Of a DNA stretch of 64,000 nt, positions 1-13,479 are shown one piece after another. The first letter of the stretch is position 1; the number at the start of each line of letters is the position of its first letter. The stretch is from positions 1-64,000 of the forward strand of contig JALMLS010000523.1 of NCBI GenBank assembly GCA_038496445.1. The letters run 5' to 3'. The position numbers and the translations under genes were made by a program. A model generated the notes under the pieces. It was not told the origin of the DNA and searched no databases. It was given only the letters and a program-made list of their open reading frames with translations. The DNA is from Trichosphaerium sp. ATCC 40318. Lineage: Eukaryota; Protista; Tubulinea.

Positions 1-1978
1 TTGTGCGTTCACACACTTCCTCTTACTTATAATTCGTTTTATACCAACAGCCACAAGTGCTATCGAAGTCATTAGTGGTGTTCCTATTGTAAAACTTACA
101 CGTACACTTTCTGCAAGTCCTATAAGAACTCTTCGTGTTGGTGAAGTAAAATCCAGTGATCTTAAGATTGAGAATGTAGGTGATGTATCTATTGATACTC
201 TTGAAGTAGCTTTAGGTAAGCAGAGGTTTTATTGCGGTCATAGCATTTAAAAGTACGCTAACACTTTTGCTTTCATTAAGGTGAACCTCCAAGCCTTGAG
301 TTTAAGTCATTGATGGCATATATTGAAAGTTGCCTTATTTCTGAAGAAGATACTGTAAGTTGGGATGAAGAAGCTTTACAAGAGCAATTACCTATAGCTC
401 CTGGAGATAGTATTATATTACCTATAACTTTACGTGGTAATCAAAGAAAGTAAGGGTGTTAAAGATGAACAAAGCACTAGCGTTTTTTCCATTTTTTTAT
501 AACATGTTTTGACCTCCTGTAGTGAGCCTACGGGCTTGACGTTTAAGTTTGGTAATGATGATTGTAAACAAATGCTCATTAAAAATGTTGCATATAATAT
601 TGGTGTTGATGCATCGCTCTATGTTAAGGTACAGATGCTTTTCGAGCAAAAATTCTTGTTTCTTCTTTTTTCTGTATTTTTGTTTGTCTAATTTTCGTTT
701 GTAGTCTCTTGAAGTAACCCCTTGTGCGATATCACATCTGAAAACACTAGAAAATTTTGTTCTTGGAGATAACAAACAAGCAGAGATTGGTGACATAACA
801 AATGATACAGAATGTGATGAATCTTGGTGTACTGTTTCAATGACTATTGTTAATAATTCAAGAACAACTTACTATGTATCTTGGAAGACTGTTTGTTCTC
901 AGAAAGAGGGTATACCGGACCAAGTAGCAATTGAACCTAGATCTGAAAGACGGTACGTTGAATTTTGCTTAATCTTTGAACAAACACGTGTACATACACG
1001 TGAAGTCGTGGAGGTCTTTTTTTTAAGTCTTTTTGTTTTTAGGATAGCTTTTCCATTGAAGAGGTTTTCTGTACCTAGAGAAGATGTACCTGAGCTTAAG
1101 GTTGCTGATATACGTCAAGCTATATCAACAGATAAGCCTTTAACACCTGAGATATTATTTCCTCTTATAGAGATGGCTGCATATAAGCGTGCCTTTTTAA
1201 AGGCTGTTAATATTACTTGGTGTTCTGATACGGTACTAACCTGTTTTACGATTTTTGTTTTACTTGTGTTGGAGTGTTTGACTAACTATGATCTCTTTGT
1301 TCTTAGTCTAGGCTGAATTATGGTAAATTACAGCTAAGATACTTGCCATTCACCGAAGAGATGATTACTTATATGCGTGTACCGAAGTTGAACATTCGTG
1401 TTGGTATGAGAGCTGAAAAGTTTCTTTTCCTTTGGTCTTTCTTTTATTTTTTTTATCTTATTTGTATTATTAGCTGCTTCGCCATCTGTGAATTTGAATG
1501 AGTTTTGGGAGGCAAAAGTTTCTATATTACCGAAAGGTATTAAACCGAAATATGTTGATATATTTCCTTTCACTTGTTCAGGTAATGACTTTTTCCTTTT
1601 GACACATTGTGACACTTCAGTTTCTTTAATTTTTTTTTGGTTTGACCTTCTTTCGAGTTTTGTTTTATGTAGTTTTCTTTGTTACTTTATTATTTTGTTA
1701 AATATGCTTAGGTGCATCTATTGAAAGAGTTTCAAAGAGTATGGGTCCTGTGAGTTGTCTACGAACAACAGATCATGTTGAAGTTTGGGGCGGAGAGGAA
1801 ATTCCTTTTATATTCTCATTTCACAGAACGGTGCTGAGCGGTTTTTAAAACTAACCATTTCTTACTTTTCTGAATTTAGGGAGAATATCAGCTTGCTATA
1901 AGATGCGTTGATGAAGACTCTCAAGAATTTTGGAGCTGGTCAAACAAGATTAAGGTTGTTGTTCCTGTAAAACGATAA
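1..1978 (+). CDS. 3' part of a multi-exon gene, probably TRAPP II subunit Trs120/TRAPPC9-like (5' end outside window)
   Basis: Exons join in frame via GT-AG introns to TAA at 1976-1978. Segments such as LKIENVGDVSIDTL, LPIAPGDSIILPITL, IEPRSERRIAFPLKRF and GEYQLAIRC resemble the Ig-like C-terminal part of Trs120. Confidence 0.5.
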
Positions 1979-2083
1979 ACAAATAATAACGATGGTTTTT
2001 GACAACCCAACAGAAAATGTAATGGTTTTACCCAGTAATAAAATGATTAATGTAAGTTACTGAGTTTATTGGAATTAGACTCC

Positions 2084-3424
2084 TTAGATATAAGTTGACT
2101 TGTATTTACCTCTAAGGACAGTTGAAGTTGCAATTGTTTTACCATCAGACAACAGTTGTTTGATAACATCTCGAGCATCTTTGCTGCTTACATCAAGTAT
2201 TACTTTCTTCCGTTCTAGCAAATACTTGAACGCTATACATATGTGTATCAGGGAAACCTGGGCACATGCCTTGATATCTGTTTAACGAACAAAATGAGCA
2301 ATTATTAATAAACCACAAAAACAGTAAAAATGTAAACATCAATTCACGTGCCTGTTCGTTCCATGTGAATTTTGAAGTTCCTTAGATCCTGAAGGCATGT
2401 TGTATTCACTGGCATTTGAAGGTAATCCCGTATCAAAACTTGGAATGTCTACAACAAGCCACTGTATTAAATCAAGAAGGGAAGGCTATATAGACAGAAA
2501 TTAGGAAATTGTTTGAAGATCCATTACAGAAAAGGAGAGCTTAAGGGCCAAAAACAAAAGTGATTTTGTGATAAAAATTGGCAAAAAGGCCGTAGTTTTT
2601 TGGCGATTTCTCAGAATCTCCATCTTTCTCCACCTTATCACTGCTGCTGACGCATTTATATCGCATGGTGGCCTTGTGACAAAAGTATGGGCACCGTAGG
2701 ATGCCGTAGTAAAATTGTTAAAATTTCAGCAACACTTTTCTGGTTTACATGCGGATTTGAACTAACACCCATCCGCATGTAAACCAATAAGTGCGATGTG
2801 TATGCTTCAAAAATATAAGAAAAATTATTCCGGCACTCTGAGGTGTAAAATCAAATGCTCAGAGTGCACCTTCCCTTAAGATTTTGCACGTATTCAGAAC
2901 TAGAATCGTACAATAATAGCATCTGGATCATGGACAAGTAGTACATAGCTCTTTACAGGCTGAAAAAGCTCTTCCCATTGAACTGGAAACTAATCGTATA
3001 GCGTTAGAAAAGATGTTTAGGTTTGAACTTCAAAGTTGTGATAACTTTTTTTTTTCGGAACAATTTGAAAATAAGGCACCTTGTGTAGTTTTGAGAAAAA
3101 AAAAAGTAGGAATCCGGAACAAAAAGTAGATATCTAGGTATCTAGATATTTTCGCGGATAAAAAAAATCCAGATAATCACAACCTAGATTTCTTTTTTGT
3201 ATTGCTTTGTTTTTTAACTTACTGATGGCTCTATTGTACTTCTATTGCTATGAAGGCACCCATACATTCTAGGTATTACATCACCTGAAGAAAACGCTGG
3301 AGAGAAAAGCTTGAAGGACGATTGACCTGAAACAAAGCAAATACAAAATAGAACGATCTGGAGTACAGTAAATAAACGCTACAAGTGATGAAAAGTAACT
3401 TACATATATCGCTGTTGTGTTCAT
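2084..3424 (-). CDS. Secreted PEBP / YbhB-YbcL (Raf kinase inhibitor-like) family protein, 5 exons, with an apparent +1 frameshift near 2210
   Basis: Spliced product MNTTAIYIVLFCICFVSG-QSSFKLFSPAF...SYVLLVHDPDA...QWLVVDIP...YQGMCPGFPDTHMYSVQVFAR, then in the shifted frame ...VLRGKYKSTYI*. The DPDA, GxCP/HxY and LxGxY motifs match the bacterial-type PEBP family. Confidence 0.8.
2541..2879. mobile_element. Candidate non-autonomous TTAA-flanked insertion in the 426-nt PEBP intron
   Basis: TTAAGGG at 2541 and CCCTTAA ending at 2879, with internal perfect hairpins. Removing it leaves a ~90-nt intron of typical size. Confidence 0.35.
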
Positions 3425-3512
3425 GACAGTAAAGTGTATAAAATAGGGCTACAGACTTATGTTGAACACGAATTTCGAGAATTTAGAAAAAGAGACTTCT
3501 CACGTGATTTAA

Positions 3513-3673
3513 TATTGTCCGTTTCAGTCAAGTTAGTCAACTAGGTATTTCGTCATTTATTTCTCGTAAAAAGTGCTCCATCCAATGGATACTACAACAC
3601 AAATAAAGTGCTTCCAGAGCGAAAAATATCTGGCGAAATAACTAGTTGACTAACTTGACTGAAACGGACAATA
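3513..3673. repeat. Inverted repeat: 32-bp perfect arms extended by ~20 imperfect bp
   Basis: 3513-3544 tattgtccgtttcagtcaagttagtcaactag is the exact reverse complement of 3642-3673. Confidence 0.9.
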
Positions 3674-4170
3674 CAATTTAGTGTCCTTGTACTAGCAATG
3701 CCCCGCAACAAGCAATAAATCGCCCTACACTTGATATCCCTTTCACACGAATTCGCGAAAGTAGCGCTAGTGTAATTACACTGTGCCATTTTATCTGCTA
3801 GGGTTGTAGCATATTGTTTAACCATTAAAAGTACCAGTACTTATTCTAAGGTGCACATAGCAAAGAGAACGAATGTCAACTTCAGGACGAATTACGTATT
3901 CGCTGGCTTTGGAATCAAACAGCAACCAGCAATAATAGTGAACTAACATACGTCAATCTTTGCCGGTTTTGCAATGTTTGTGGAGAAAATACAGCTCCGC
4001 AGTATCTTCAATAGTCCATAGAAATGATCTAGGCGACAAGAAGTGTTACTAATACGACATAGCGATTTCTCACAGACATACATGTCTTTTCTATAGCGTG
4101 GCTTAAGACTTTTAAAGGCACTTAGTAGGTTATGAAATCAGAACAGTACATCGGTACGCTTTATTACATC

Positions 4171-4201
<31 letters not shown>

Positions 4202-4208
4202 CTCTTCA

Positions 4209-7200
4209 TCACGTGTTACATAATATTTGCAAAACTACAAAAGTATACTCAAAGGCTAATTCAAACAAATGCTCATAACGTCCTGCAGCACCCAAATGAC
4301 CTTGATTCATATTCATCTTTAGCAACACAAGGCTTCCCTTATTAACTGATCGAAGCTTTGCTGTGTATTTAGCTGCTTCCCAGTATTGAACACGAGTGTC
4401 ATTAATACCTGAAAAAGAATAAGGGCGAGAAACAGAAGAAGAAAAAAGTCAAAACGAAAAAAAAGAAAAAAAGACAGCACATGAATTTCAAAGCAGATGG
4501 CCAAACTCCCATTGGATTTACATGGGATGTTGATCATATTATACGAAACTAGGGGTTGGCGTAAAAACAACACAAAAGTTGTCGTTTTATCAGGTCGTAG
4601 TAGTAATAGAACTCCTTCGGGGTTCAAAGTGAAGAAAAAAAACACATGTTGTTCATGATTTTAAACAAATCAATATAACCAATCACGTGGTTGATAGTAA
4701 TGAATAATAAATGCTTACCGGCAGTAATAAGAATATTAGGATATTTCAACGGACGTATATTATCATATGGAGAATACGTCATAAGGTATGAAAAAACTTC
4801 GGGGTCATAAGGATTTCCCCATTCTTCGTGTCTTGAAGAAAAAAAAAGTTAACTCCGGAAGCTAAAGGTTTTAAGATCGTTGACAAACAAAGCGTACTCG
4901 ATAACAGTCAGAGGCAATGATTGGTCCAACATGGAATTTACAATATCTACAAATGGTACCTAGTCATAAAGCGTTAGTTGTTGTTGACGTAGGAGGTTGA
5001 CAAAGAGTAAATAGACATTTGAAAAAAAAAATCTAAAATAAGGCGTACATCTAGTATCGCTGCTTTATACAAATGCGGTACCGTATTAATAACAGCACCC
5101 ACTAAAAGACCACCTGCAGAAGCCCCTTTAATTGCCAAGCGATCTGATCGTGTGTACTTCTAAATAAAAGTCAAAACGTCAGAACGAAAAAGAAACCCAA
5201 TAAAAAAACATTGTTCTCTTTTTTTTTGATGTTGCGCATGCATCACGTGGAACCAATTACGTAAAATCAATGTTCGTCATGTTTTAAGACGCTATTTTAC
5301 TTTTCAAAAACGTTGTGCGTACCTGAGCAATAAGGAACTCTGTTACAGATATGAAATCTTTAAAAGTGTTTTCCTTTTGCCTATACTTGCCATTCTCGTA
5401 CCAAGAACGACCAAGCATACCTCCACCCCGAACATGAGCAATAGCGAACACAATACCTCGATCAAGTAGGGATAAACGTGATGTTGAAAAAGAAGGATCT
5501 ATAGTGAGACCATAAGATCCATAACCATACAAATACCTGTAAATGAAAGTCAACACAAAGAGAAGAAAAAAACTACAAAACTACTTTGCGTTGAGGTCAA
5601 CCGAAACAAATAAAACAGTCCTGCCATAGGCTAGCGATAAAAAATACTAATAATTGGAGGTATTAAAAGAAAAGTGTCAACACAGTCTTGGTAATCTGTG
5701 AATGAAACATTCAATGAAAAAAAATGCTCTCTAAAATGCATTTTGTTAGTTAGTTCGTACATTGGGTTAGATCCATCAAATTTAAATAGATCTTTACGAT
5801 AAACTAGACTAATAGGTACAGAAACACCATCATGACCATTAGCAAAAACGCGTTCAGATCTATAAAGAGAAGAATCATAGCTAGGAACCTATAAAAAAAC
5901 GTGATGAGTTTTTTGGAGGAAGAAAAGAAAAAAATGAGAATCAAGTTTTTACCTGTTTTTGTTTTCTCAAGATTTTCTTCCTTGTTATAACATCATAATC
6001 GTATATAGATGCAGGCGTTGTAAAAGAAGAGTAAGAAAATCGGAAAACATGATTAGCATATTCCTCATTAAGTGCAGTATTCATTGTGTATCCAGGCTCA
6101 TCAAATTGCATGTAATGATCTTCTCCATTTGGACGCCAAACACGTGCTCTTGTTTTACCATTTGTGCGCTCCCATATCTATAAAACAAATCAGTAAACAT
6201 ATTTGAAGCGTTTTAGTTGATACTAACCACTAGAAAGTCCTTGAAAGTATCAACATGAATTAATTTAACATCAGGTGAATACGGGAAAACAGCCCTCCAA
6301 TTTTCTTGTCGTGTTGTATCAGCATTCTAACAACAGATCAGTTTGTGTCAAGATTATAGAAGCAAAACATTCTTTTCGTGTAAACAAACAATACAATAAA
6401 ATAAAATAAAAAAGTACAAGAGAGGCCCTTCATGAAGACTTAAGTAAACCAAAAAAAAAAAGTTGCTATTTTTGGAACACAAAAAATTCCCTCAACTAAC
6501 CTCGTCTACAACCATGAGTTTAAAGTTTTTAGCGCCATCTTGGTTTGTTAATATATAAAAATTTGTATCTTGATGATACACATAGTACTAAAGAAGAAAA
6601 CATAAGCATCAACAACAAGCTTTAAAAAAAATGCGATAAAAACACATTTCATAAATAAAACTAAAACTTACTTCTACGTCTTGTGCACGAGGCAAGAATA
6701 GCTGTGGACGAGAATTAGGCATATCTGCGCGTATAAAATGTACTTCAGAAGTAACTGCGCTCTCAGAGATAAGAAATAAAAATTTCCTGTCCATAGACTT
6801 TTCTAAATAAACATGGAACTTCTGGTCGAGTTCTAAGAAAGAAAGAAAAAAAAAGTTAGCATCCAAAAAAAAATCCAAAAAAAATTTGAAGATTACTCAC
6901 CATGTATTAATAATTCATCTCTTTTTGTATCCAAAAAGTGTTTATATACTTTATATGGTCTTTGTGATTCATCACGAACTAAAGAAAAAATAAGGTAAAC
7001 AAGAGAAACAACACGGAAAAATAATTTAATTTTTCCATATTTTGATGTAAACAATCCGACTTTTTTCTTACTTGTATAAAAGACAGTCTTATTATCATTC
7101 GCCCATTGCAAACTCTCTGTATTTTTTATATAATTCTCTGATAGCTCACCAGTATTTAGGTTTTTAAAATACGTTGTGTATTGTTCATCGCCTGGGCAAG

Positions 7201-8085
7201 CAAGTAAGTGAATAGCACTTGTGAATAAAAAAATAATGATGAACAGCACTTGCCTTCAAAATCAACAGAAAATGCCAGCATCGCATGACTCGGACTTATT
7301 TCATAAATACCAAGTCGACAGTATTCTCGACCTTCAGCCAAGCCATTATAATCAAGTAAAACCTTGAGTGAAGTATCAGTAACATGAAAAATCTATCGAA
7401 AACTTTTCGTAAGAATAGGGTTTTTTTAATTACTTCTTCAACTGCATTGTTCATATCTTCCTCTTTTTCAGCTCTTTTTCTACAATAAATCTTGCATTCT
7501 TCTCTATGCTTTCCACGATCTTTAATAAACGACTTGAGACTAAACAAAAAAGCGATAGGTTAGAGAAAACATTTTGGGACAAAAAAGTGACGAAAAAGTA
7601 AAACAAAAGACAACTTTCTCCAACGGTTTAACGTTATCCTTTCAGCTTTATAATAACGTCAACGTACTAATAGAAGTATGGTCCGCATTTATAAGGTAAC
7701 GACATATCCGTTACTAAACGGCGTTAAGAAATAAAAATAAAATCTTCAAATGTTACCTGAAGCCCTACCAAGCATTTCTGAGTATAGAGTCTTTTGCATT
7801 TCTTGCGTTGGCCTCATCTTTTCTATAACAGAAAAGGAAATAAGTTTTTTTGAGGAACGAACTCAACAATAAAGATTTAAATGCGTTTAAAAGCGTTCAA
7901 AAGCGTTTATATTTAAAAACAAACAGTTAACGTACCATTTGTGTATGCATTCTCCGCTTCTAAGTAATCCCTAACGCAAGGGTCGTGCTTTCCACGTAAC
8001 CAAAAGTAATCATCGTGAAGCCTGTGGTTGTGTATTTCTGTTACATGTAGTGATTTAGCTGCTATTGGCTCCCTCGCTGTGCGCC
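4209..8085 (-). CDS. Oligopeptidase B (prolyl oligopeptidase family S9A), multi-exon; start codon not resolved
   Basis: DDYFWLR...[10 protein letters not shown]-terminus; LYGYGSYG and HVRGGG motifs; catalytic GASAGG, NDTRV and QGHLG; TGA at 4209-4211. Confidence 0.93.
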
Positions 8086-8516
8086 CTATTTCGTGTCAGT
8101 TTTTCTCGTCGTGTATTCGATCAGAGCATCGAAAAACATTCGATATCGTTATAACGTGACGCATTAAATCATTAGGGCGTAATTAAACGTTCTGGTTAAC
8201 GTTTAGCACTTGCGCTACGCAGAAACGCTGGGTAGCTAGCAGAGGGTTTTACATACCAGCCGTGGGCGCGTAGCGAGATGGATTAGAGCTCTTGCGACGA
8301 GAAATCTTTTGCGTTGCCAATTATTCCGTTTTATATGTTGTCGCTGTAGCGTTAGAATTTTCCGTTGCTTTGGGGGCACCTACAAGAGAACAAGCATTAT
8401 AAAGCCGGAGAAAATTAGTACGACTTCGTCAATGCTAAGTCAAACAAACGGGGAATTTGCTAAATTAGTTTTCTTTTTTTTTAGCTATGATCAATACCAT
8501 AAACTAAACAATAACA

Positions 8517-11500
8517 ATGTCGAGGCGTAGTAGAAGTGCTGTTGATGATTCAGGGTCTAGTGAACAAAGTGGGTGGGACGTTTCAAGTAGTATGGATACA
8601 GAAATACGAGACGTTGCGTTAGGATCCTTGCAAACAGTTGAATTATTATCTTCGTTGGTATTCTCGCATCAAGTAAGCTATATTGCCTAGTAATAACCTC
8701 TAACACGCGCCAGAATGATATAGTGAGGCTTACTAAGGAAAATCAACGATTACGTCAGAAACTCGAGCTACAAAGTCGCAGACTTGATGAGTTATCTGCA
8801 TTCGTGTACAATGGTAAACAGTTACTAAAAAAGATAGTTTGCATAACTTTCGCCCGTTTTGTACAGAGGGTTTAAAACTGCAATATGAAATAACACTTTA
8901 ATAGTACGCAGTCCTAGAGGAAGATCAGCAACAGGAGACGAATCTTCAAGGCAACGAAGCCGCAAGAGTTCTCGTGCGGGTCCACGCAGAACACTATCTG
9001 TAGACTACCAAGCAGACGGGAAGAACTATAAGGCAGTAAACAAGCGATTTTTATCTTTTCTGGAAGAATCGAACCTAAGAGCGTATATGACACTATTTAA
9101 ATCATCTGATCCACTATATTTATCATATGCAACAAATGATACAGGTTTATTTAGACAAGTACGTAATATTATTATTTTCCACAAAACTCCAAAAACGAAT
9201 ACCCATAAAAATAGGTGTTTTAGATAACAGCGTAGAAAAGCTATTTCATTCTAAGTTTTTATTCGTTGCTCGATTTTTTTGTGATTTTTTTGTACTGACA
9301 AGAAGTTCATAGTGCTCTCATAAGCAAACTCAAATAGTCCTATCGAAAGCCCCTACAAGGAAGATATTTGACCTACTTATGCTACCCATTGAAGGCACGT
9401 ACTTGACAATAATTTGAGAAGTTAAAATGAATGAAGTAAAAGACATAAACGTAATTATCAATAGATGAGTTGAGATCAATTTTTGATCAACCTAAATTTG
9501 CTCGATGCTTTTTTCTAACGTACCCTGCTTGGGCATGTCATGATGAAGTGTTTGAGGCACTAACAGATGGCATATTACACAAAGATTCCAAAAAGTACAC
9601 TAAACAAAACCACTTTACAGTTTTCTAACTGTTTCTGCTTTAAAGGGACTTAGAAGCTGTTGTTGGGTCAATGTGTATTTGGTTACAAGTACTGAGAGGC
9701 AAAGATTTTAAAATGGATCAAGTCAGGCACAAGTACGTAGCATAACAAATATGACACGAAGTGTAATTAAATTTTAGAAAGCTCCGAAGCTTTACAAAAC
9801 GGCTGAAAGCGGCTTCACCTCTTTCAGGTTCACGCCTCATTGAAGCTTACGATCGTCAAAAATCAACATACACTGATATTAATATAGTCAAGTCTTACCC
9901 AGAGTATGTGATACAGTGTGGTATAATGTTTTTTTTCTGACTTTCAACCTAGTACAATTGTACCAAAAGTGGAAGATTTTACATTATTGGATATTGATGT
10001 TGTTGAGCTCTCGCGCCAACTTACGATTACAGATTCAGTACTACATGGTAATATAACTCCGTGGGAGTTCTTGAGCAAGGGTTGGGTTGGCGTAGATGCC
10101 AAGGCTGTTTCACCACACCTTACAACCTTTATTGAGTCCAGCAACAAGGTAATGTATTTTTTTGGTTTTATTGTATTTACTACAAACAAATATATTTTCT
10201 CTTTTTTTTCTCCCTTTTGATACTGGTAATATTTATCGTTGTTCGTACATGACACAGATATTTTCAAGGGTGAAGAAAACTGAGAAATTTGAAATGAAAT
10301 TCGAGTATTTTTCAGCTCCAAAATTCGACTAAATGCAAAAGAGAGTTGACATCACTTTTAGATTCATAATTGGTTCTGTACTGAAATACTGCGCCAAGAG
10401 AACGCTAAGATAAGATCACACTATATAACGAAACTGATTAACTTGGCAAGAGCGTTCCTAAAAATCAACAATTACAACGGAATGTGAGTTTCTCCGCTTT
10501 TCTTGTTTTTTGTGTGATTTTCTGACCTTCATTTTAGTTACGAAGTAGTTACTTGCTTAGAAAGTACTGCTATTCAACGTTTGAAATCGTCGTGGGATGT
10601 AAGTATCAGTTTTTAACATAGAAATATGAACGAAGTTTGAAGTAATCTTACGTTTTATGTAGCTTGTTTCCTTGCATGATAAGAAGGAGTTAGAGTCTCT
10701 TCAGGATGTTGTATTTAGACAACAAAGTTATAAAAAGAGGTTACAGAGTATTAACGAGTCTTCTGTGGCCTGTGTACCTTTGACAAGTGAGTCTTACTTT
10801 TGTATTTATTTATTACATTTTTCGTGGTTATTTTTTCTTGTTGTCTAACTTTGGTGTTTAGGTTTCGTTTGTGCAGCTATGTTTAAAGTAGATGATACTC
10901 AAGATTCATCTATTAATAATAATACAATGATAAACTGGGAAAAAATGTCAACTATGGGTGACATACTATGGGACTTTCATAAGTTCCACCACTCGTATTA
11001 TTTTAGATCTGATCCAAACATACAAAAGTTTATTAAACAAGCAGAGGTACTACCGTTAATCGTCCAATCTGTATTTTACTTACGCATTATACAATAGATA
11101 TTTGAAGTAGAAGAAACTAGGTTCGCTATAGCTGAGCTTCGTGAGTTATATGACGAAGACTTTGGAAGTCATCCACATGCTACCAAGAGAAAGTTAACTT
11201 CTCTTTCGCTTTCTCTTAATAGAAAGGGACAAATTAATCAACCAAGCGTTATAGCACAGAATGCCAACATGACTAAGAAGGAGTGTTGGCAGTGGTTGTT
11301 CCAAGCGAACGGAGTTAGATCGATTAAAAGGAGTACGACAAAACTATTACTAAAACCAAACGTTTCTTACATTTTTACGCTTTTAGGTCACAGGATAGTA
11401 CAGAGTGGTGATGACAACGAAAAACTATACTGGATACAGGACGGTACTGTTAATGTATGTAGTGGTAATAATATCGTTGCTACATTGGGTCCTGATGATA

Positions 11501-13192
11501 TCTTTGGTGAAGAATGTTTGATGAGTGGTGTACGTTGTTTAATACATTTAGCAAGTATGTTAATTGGACTTTTTTTTTCTTTAGCTGAAGGGCATGTATA
11601 CATACGTAGCTGCAACAGATGTCACTTGTTGGGTAGAAACTAATACTAATATACTACGTGGATCAGAATCAATGCCAAGAGTAGCACAGATACTATTTAA
11701 GTTTGTTGCTAAAAGACTTGCAAAGTGTTTGGCTTCTGCAGGTCGTAAAATAACAAGGGAGTTATTGGTACGCCACTATACGTCTTTATCACCCCACTAA
11801 CCTATTTATTTAAGATGACAAACGAATCACCAAAATCTACACCTCAGCTTAATGTTATGACCTCACTTGCAAAGGAACTTCGTATGAATGGCAAGCTACA
11901 GCGTACTTTTAATCTACAGGTAATAGCAATTACTATTTATTTCACAAAATCCAAATAATCCTTTTGTGCTTTATTAATTCGGGAATAGGGTGAAACTGTT
12001 CTTAGAGAGCTATCTTGTTCTTTAAAGAAAGGAAGACATTCAACAGGACGTATGTTCATTACAAAGAACTACTTATGTTACAGTGGTAAAGCATTTGGAT
12101 TGCATGTAAAAGTACGCCTCTTTTTTTTTGTATTAACGTTGGTTGCTTATTGTGACTTTAGGAACACTTCAAGATAGCAGATATAATCAATATTAATGCT
12201 GCTAAGAAGAAAGACGTCGTTAATATTAGTGTCAAGACTGACGCTGATGTCAAACTTGTAAGAACCATGCAGAGTTAACCTTGTTATTGTTTGACTAACT
12301 TTTCAATAATAGTACACTTTTGGTTTTGAGCAAAAAGATGAAGCTTTAGATATACTTAAAACTACAGTTGATCTTCACGCTCCAAAGACACGCATACAAG
12401 CTATTCAATTACTTGATGATGAAGATGATGATAAAGAGAATATGTTACCTTCAGAGAGTGATTGGAGTATAATACTTAAAGGAGCACATCAAGTTACTTA
12501 CAGAAAAAATCAAGTCATTCTTCAAGAAGGTATGACCTCATTTCTCTCTCAGTTTGACAAGAGCCATTACTACTTGGAGGAGCTTATGTTTTGTCACTAG
12601 GAACTCGTATAATACCACGACTGTTCCAGCTTACTAAAGGTAAGTGTAAGGTGCAAGTTGGTACAAGAAAGAAGGCACCTAGCGTAAAAGCACCTCATTC
12701 TTTGGATGCAGCACATGACTGCATCTTTGGTGAAATTGTACGTTTGATTGCTTTGTAAAAAGCAGTATTTCTATTACTCGTATTTTGTTATTGTTTTTGG
12801 CTGTTGACTTTTTTCTTACTTTTTTAATAGTCCCTATTGTTGACGAGAAAAAAAGCTTCTGCTTCTGTTATTGCTGCTTCAAAACTAGTTGAAGTGAATA
12901 TTGTAGATGGAGCGTTTTTGGATGTTTTGTTCCACTACAAGCCAGATATTGCTGGAAGGTTAGTCTTCATTCATTACGATTATTTTCTCTTATTTTTTCG
13001 AAGAGATTCGGTTTTTTTTCTTCTGCTGTACGTTCCCACTAACTTTTTCAATGAAGGTTTTACTATTATTTGGCGTTTACAATGGCAGAGAGATTGAAAC
13101 ATAATTATTATCATAAAGAGACATCAGATAGTTTAGATGCCATGAAGAAAGTATCTTCTTCTGGAACTCTTCCATTTATTGGTGACTTGTAA
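8517..13192 (+). CDS. GbpD-like RasGEF: REM, CDC25 RasGEF, cNMP-binding, GRAM, cNMP-binding
   Basis: FARCFFLTY (REM); ELSRQLTI, NNYNG and INWEKM (CDC25); LGPDDIFGEE and IFGEI (two cNB domains); GRMFITKNYLCY (GRAM). Domain order matches Dictyostelium GbpD. Confidence 0.85.
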
Positions 13193-13479
13193 GAAGATCT
13201 TGGTCTCTTCTCTATAGATTTCAGAGAAGAAATTAAGTGATAGTGTACAAACCTCAAGTCTTTGTTGCCTAAGGCGTATGTGTTCTTTGTTGTAATTAAA
13301 ATAATGCAATAATAAAGTGTAAAGTATTATAATGTTTATTTCTTGTTTTTTTTGTTAGCACAGGGGAGTAACATTAGATGAAATGGGATAGTAGTACATG
13401 AGTAGAACGTGTAAATGAGATAATTGAGGCCCTGAATTTATTAAGAACTTAGATACAACAAGGGAAGTCGACCTTAAAG

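Noticed and set aside
4173-4201. Long poly-T run
   Set aside because: It is a simple homopolymer just after the peptidase stop, and the gene keeps its introns, so it is not a retrocopy.
4500-4630. Purine or TPP riboswitch, or hammerhead ribozyme (TCGTATAAT, CTTTGAACC, GAAA fragments)
   Set aside because: The remaining conserved cores are absent or in the wrong order.
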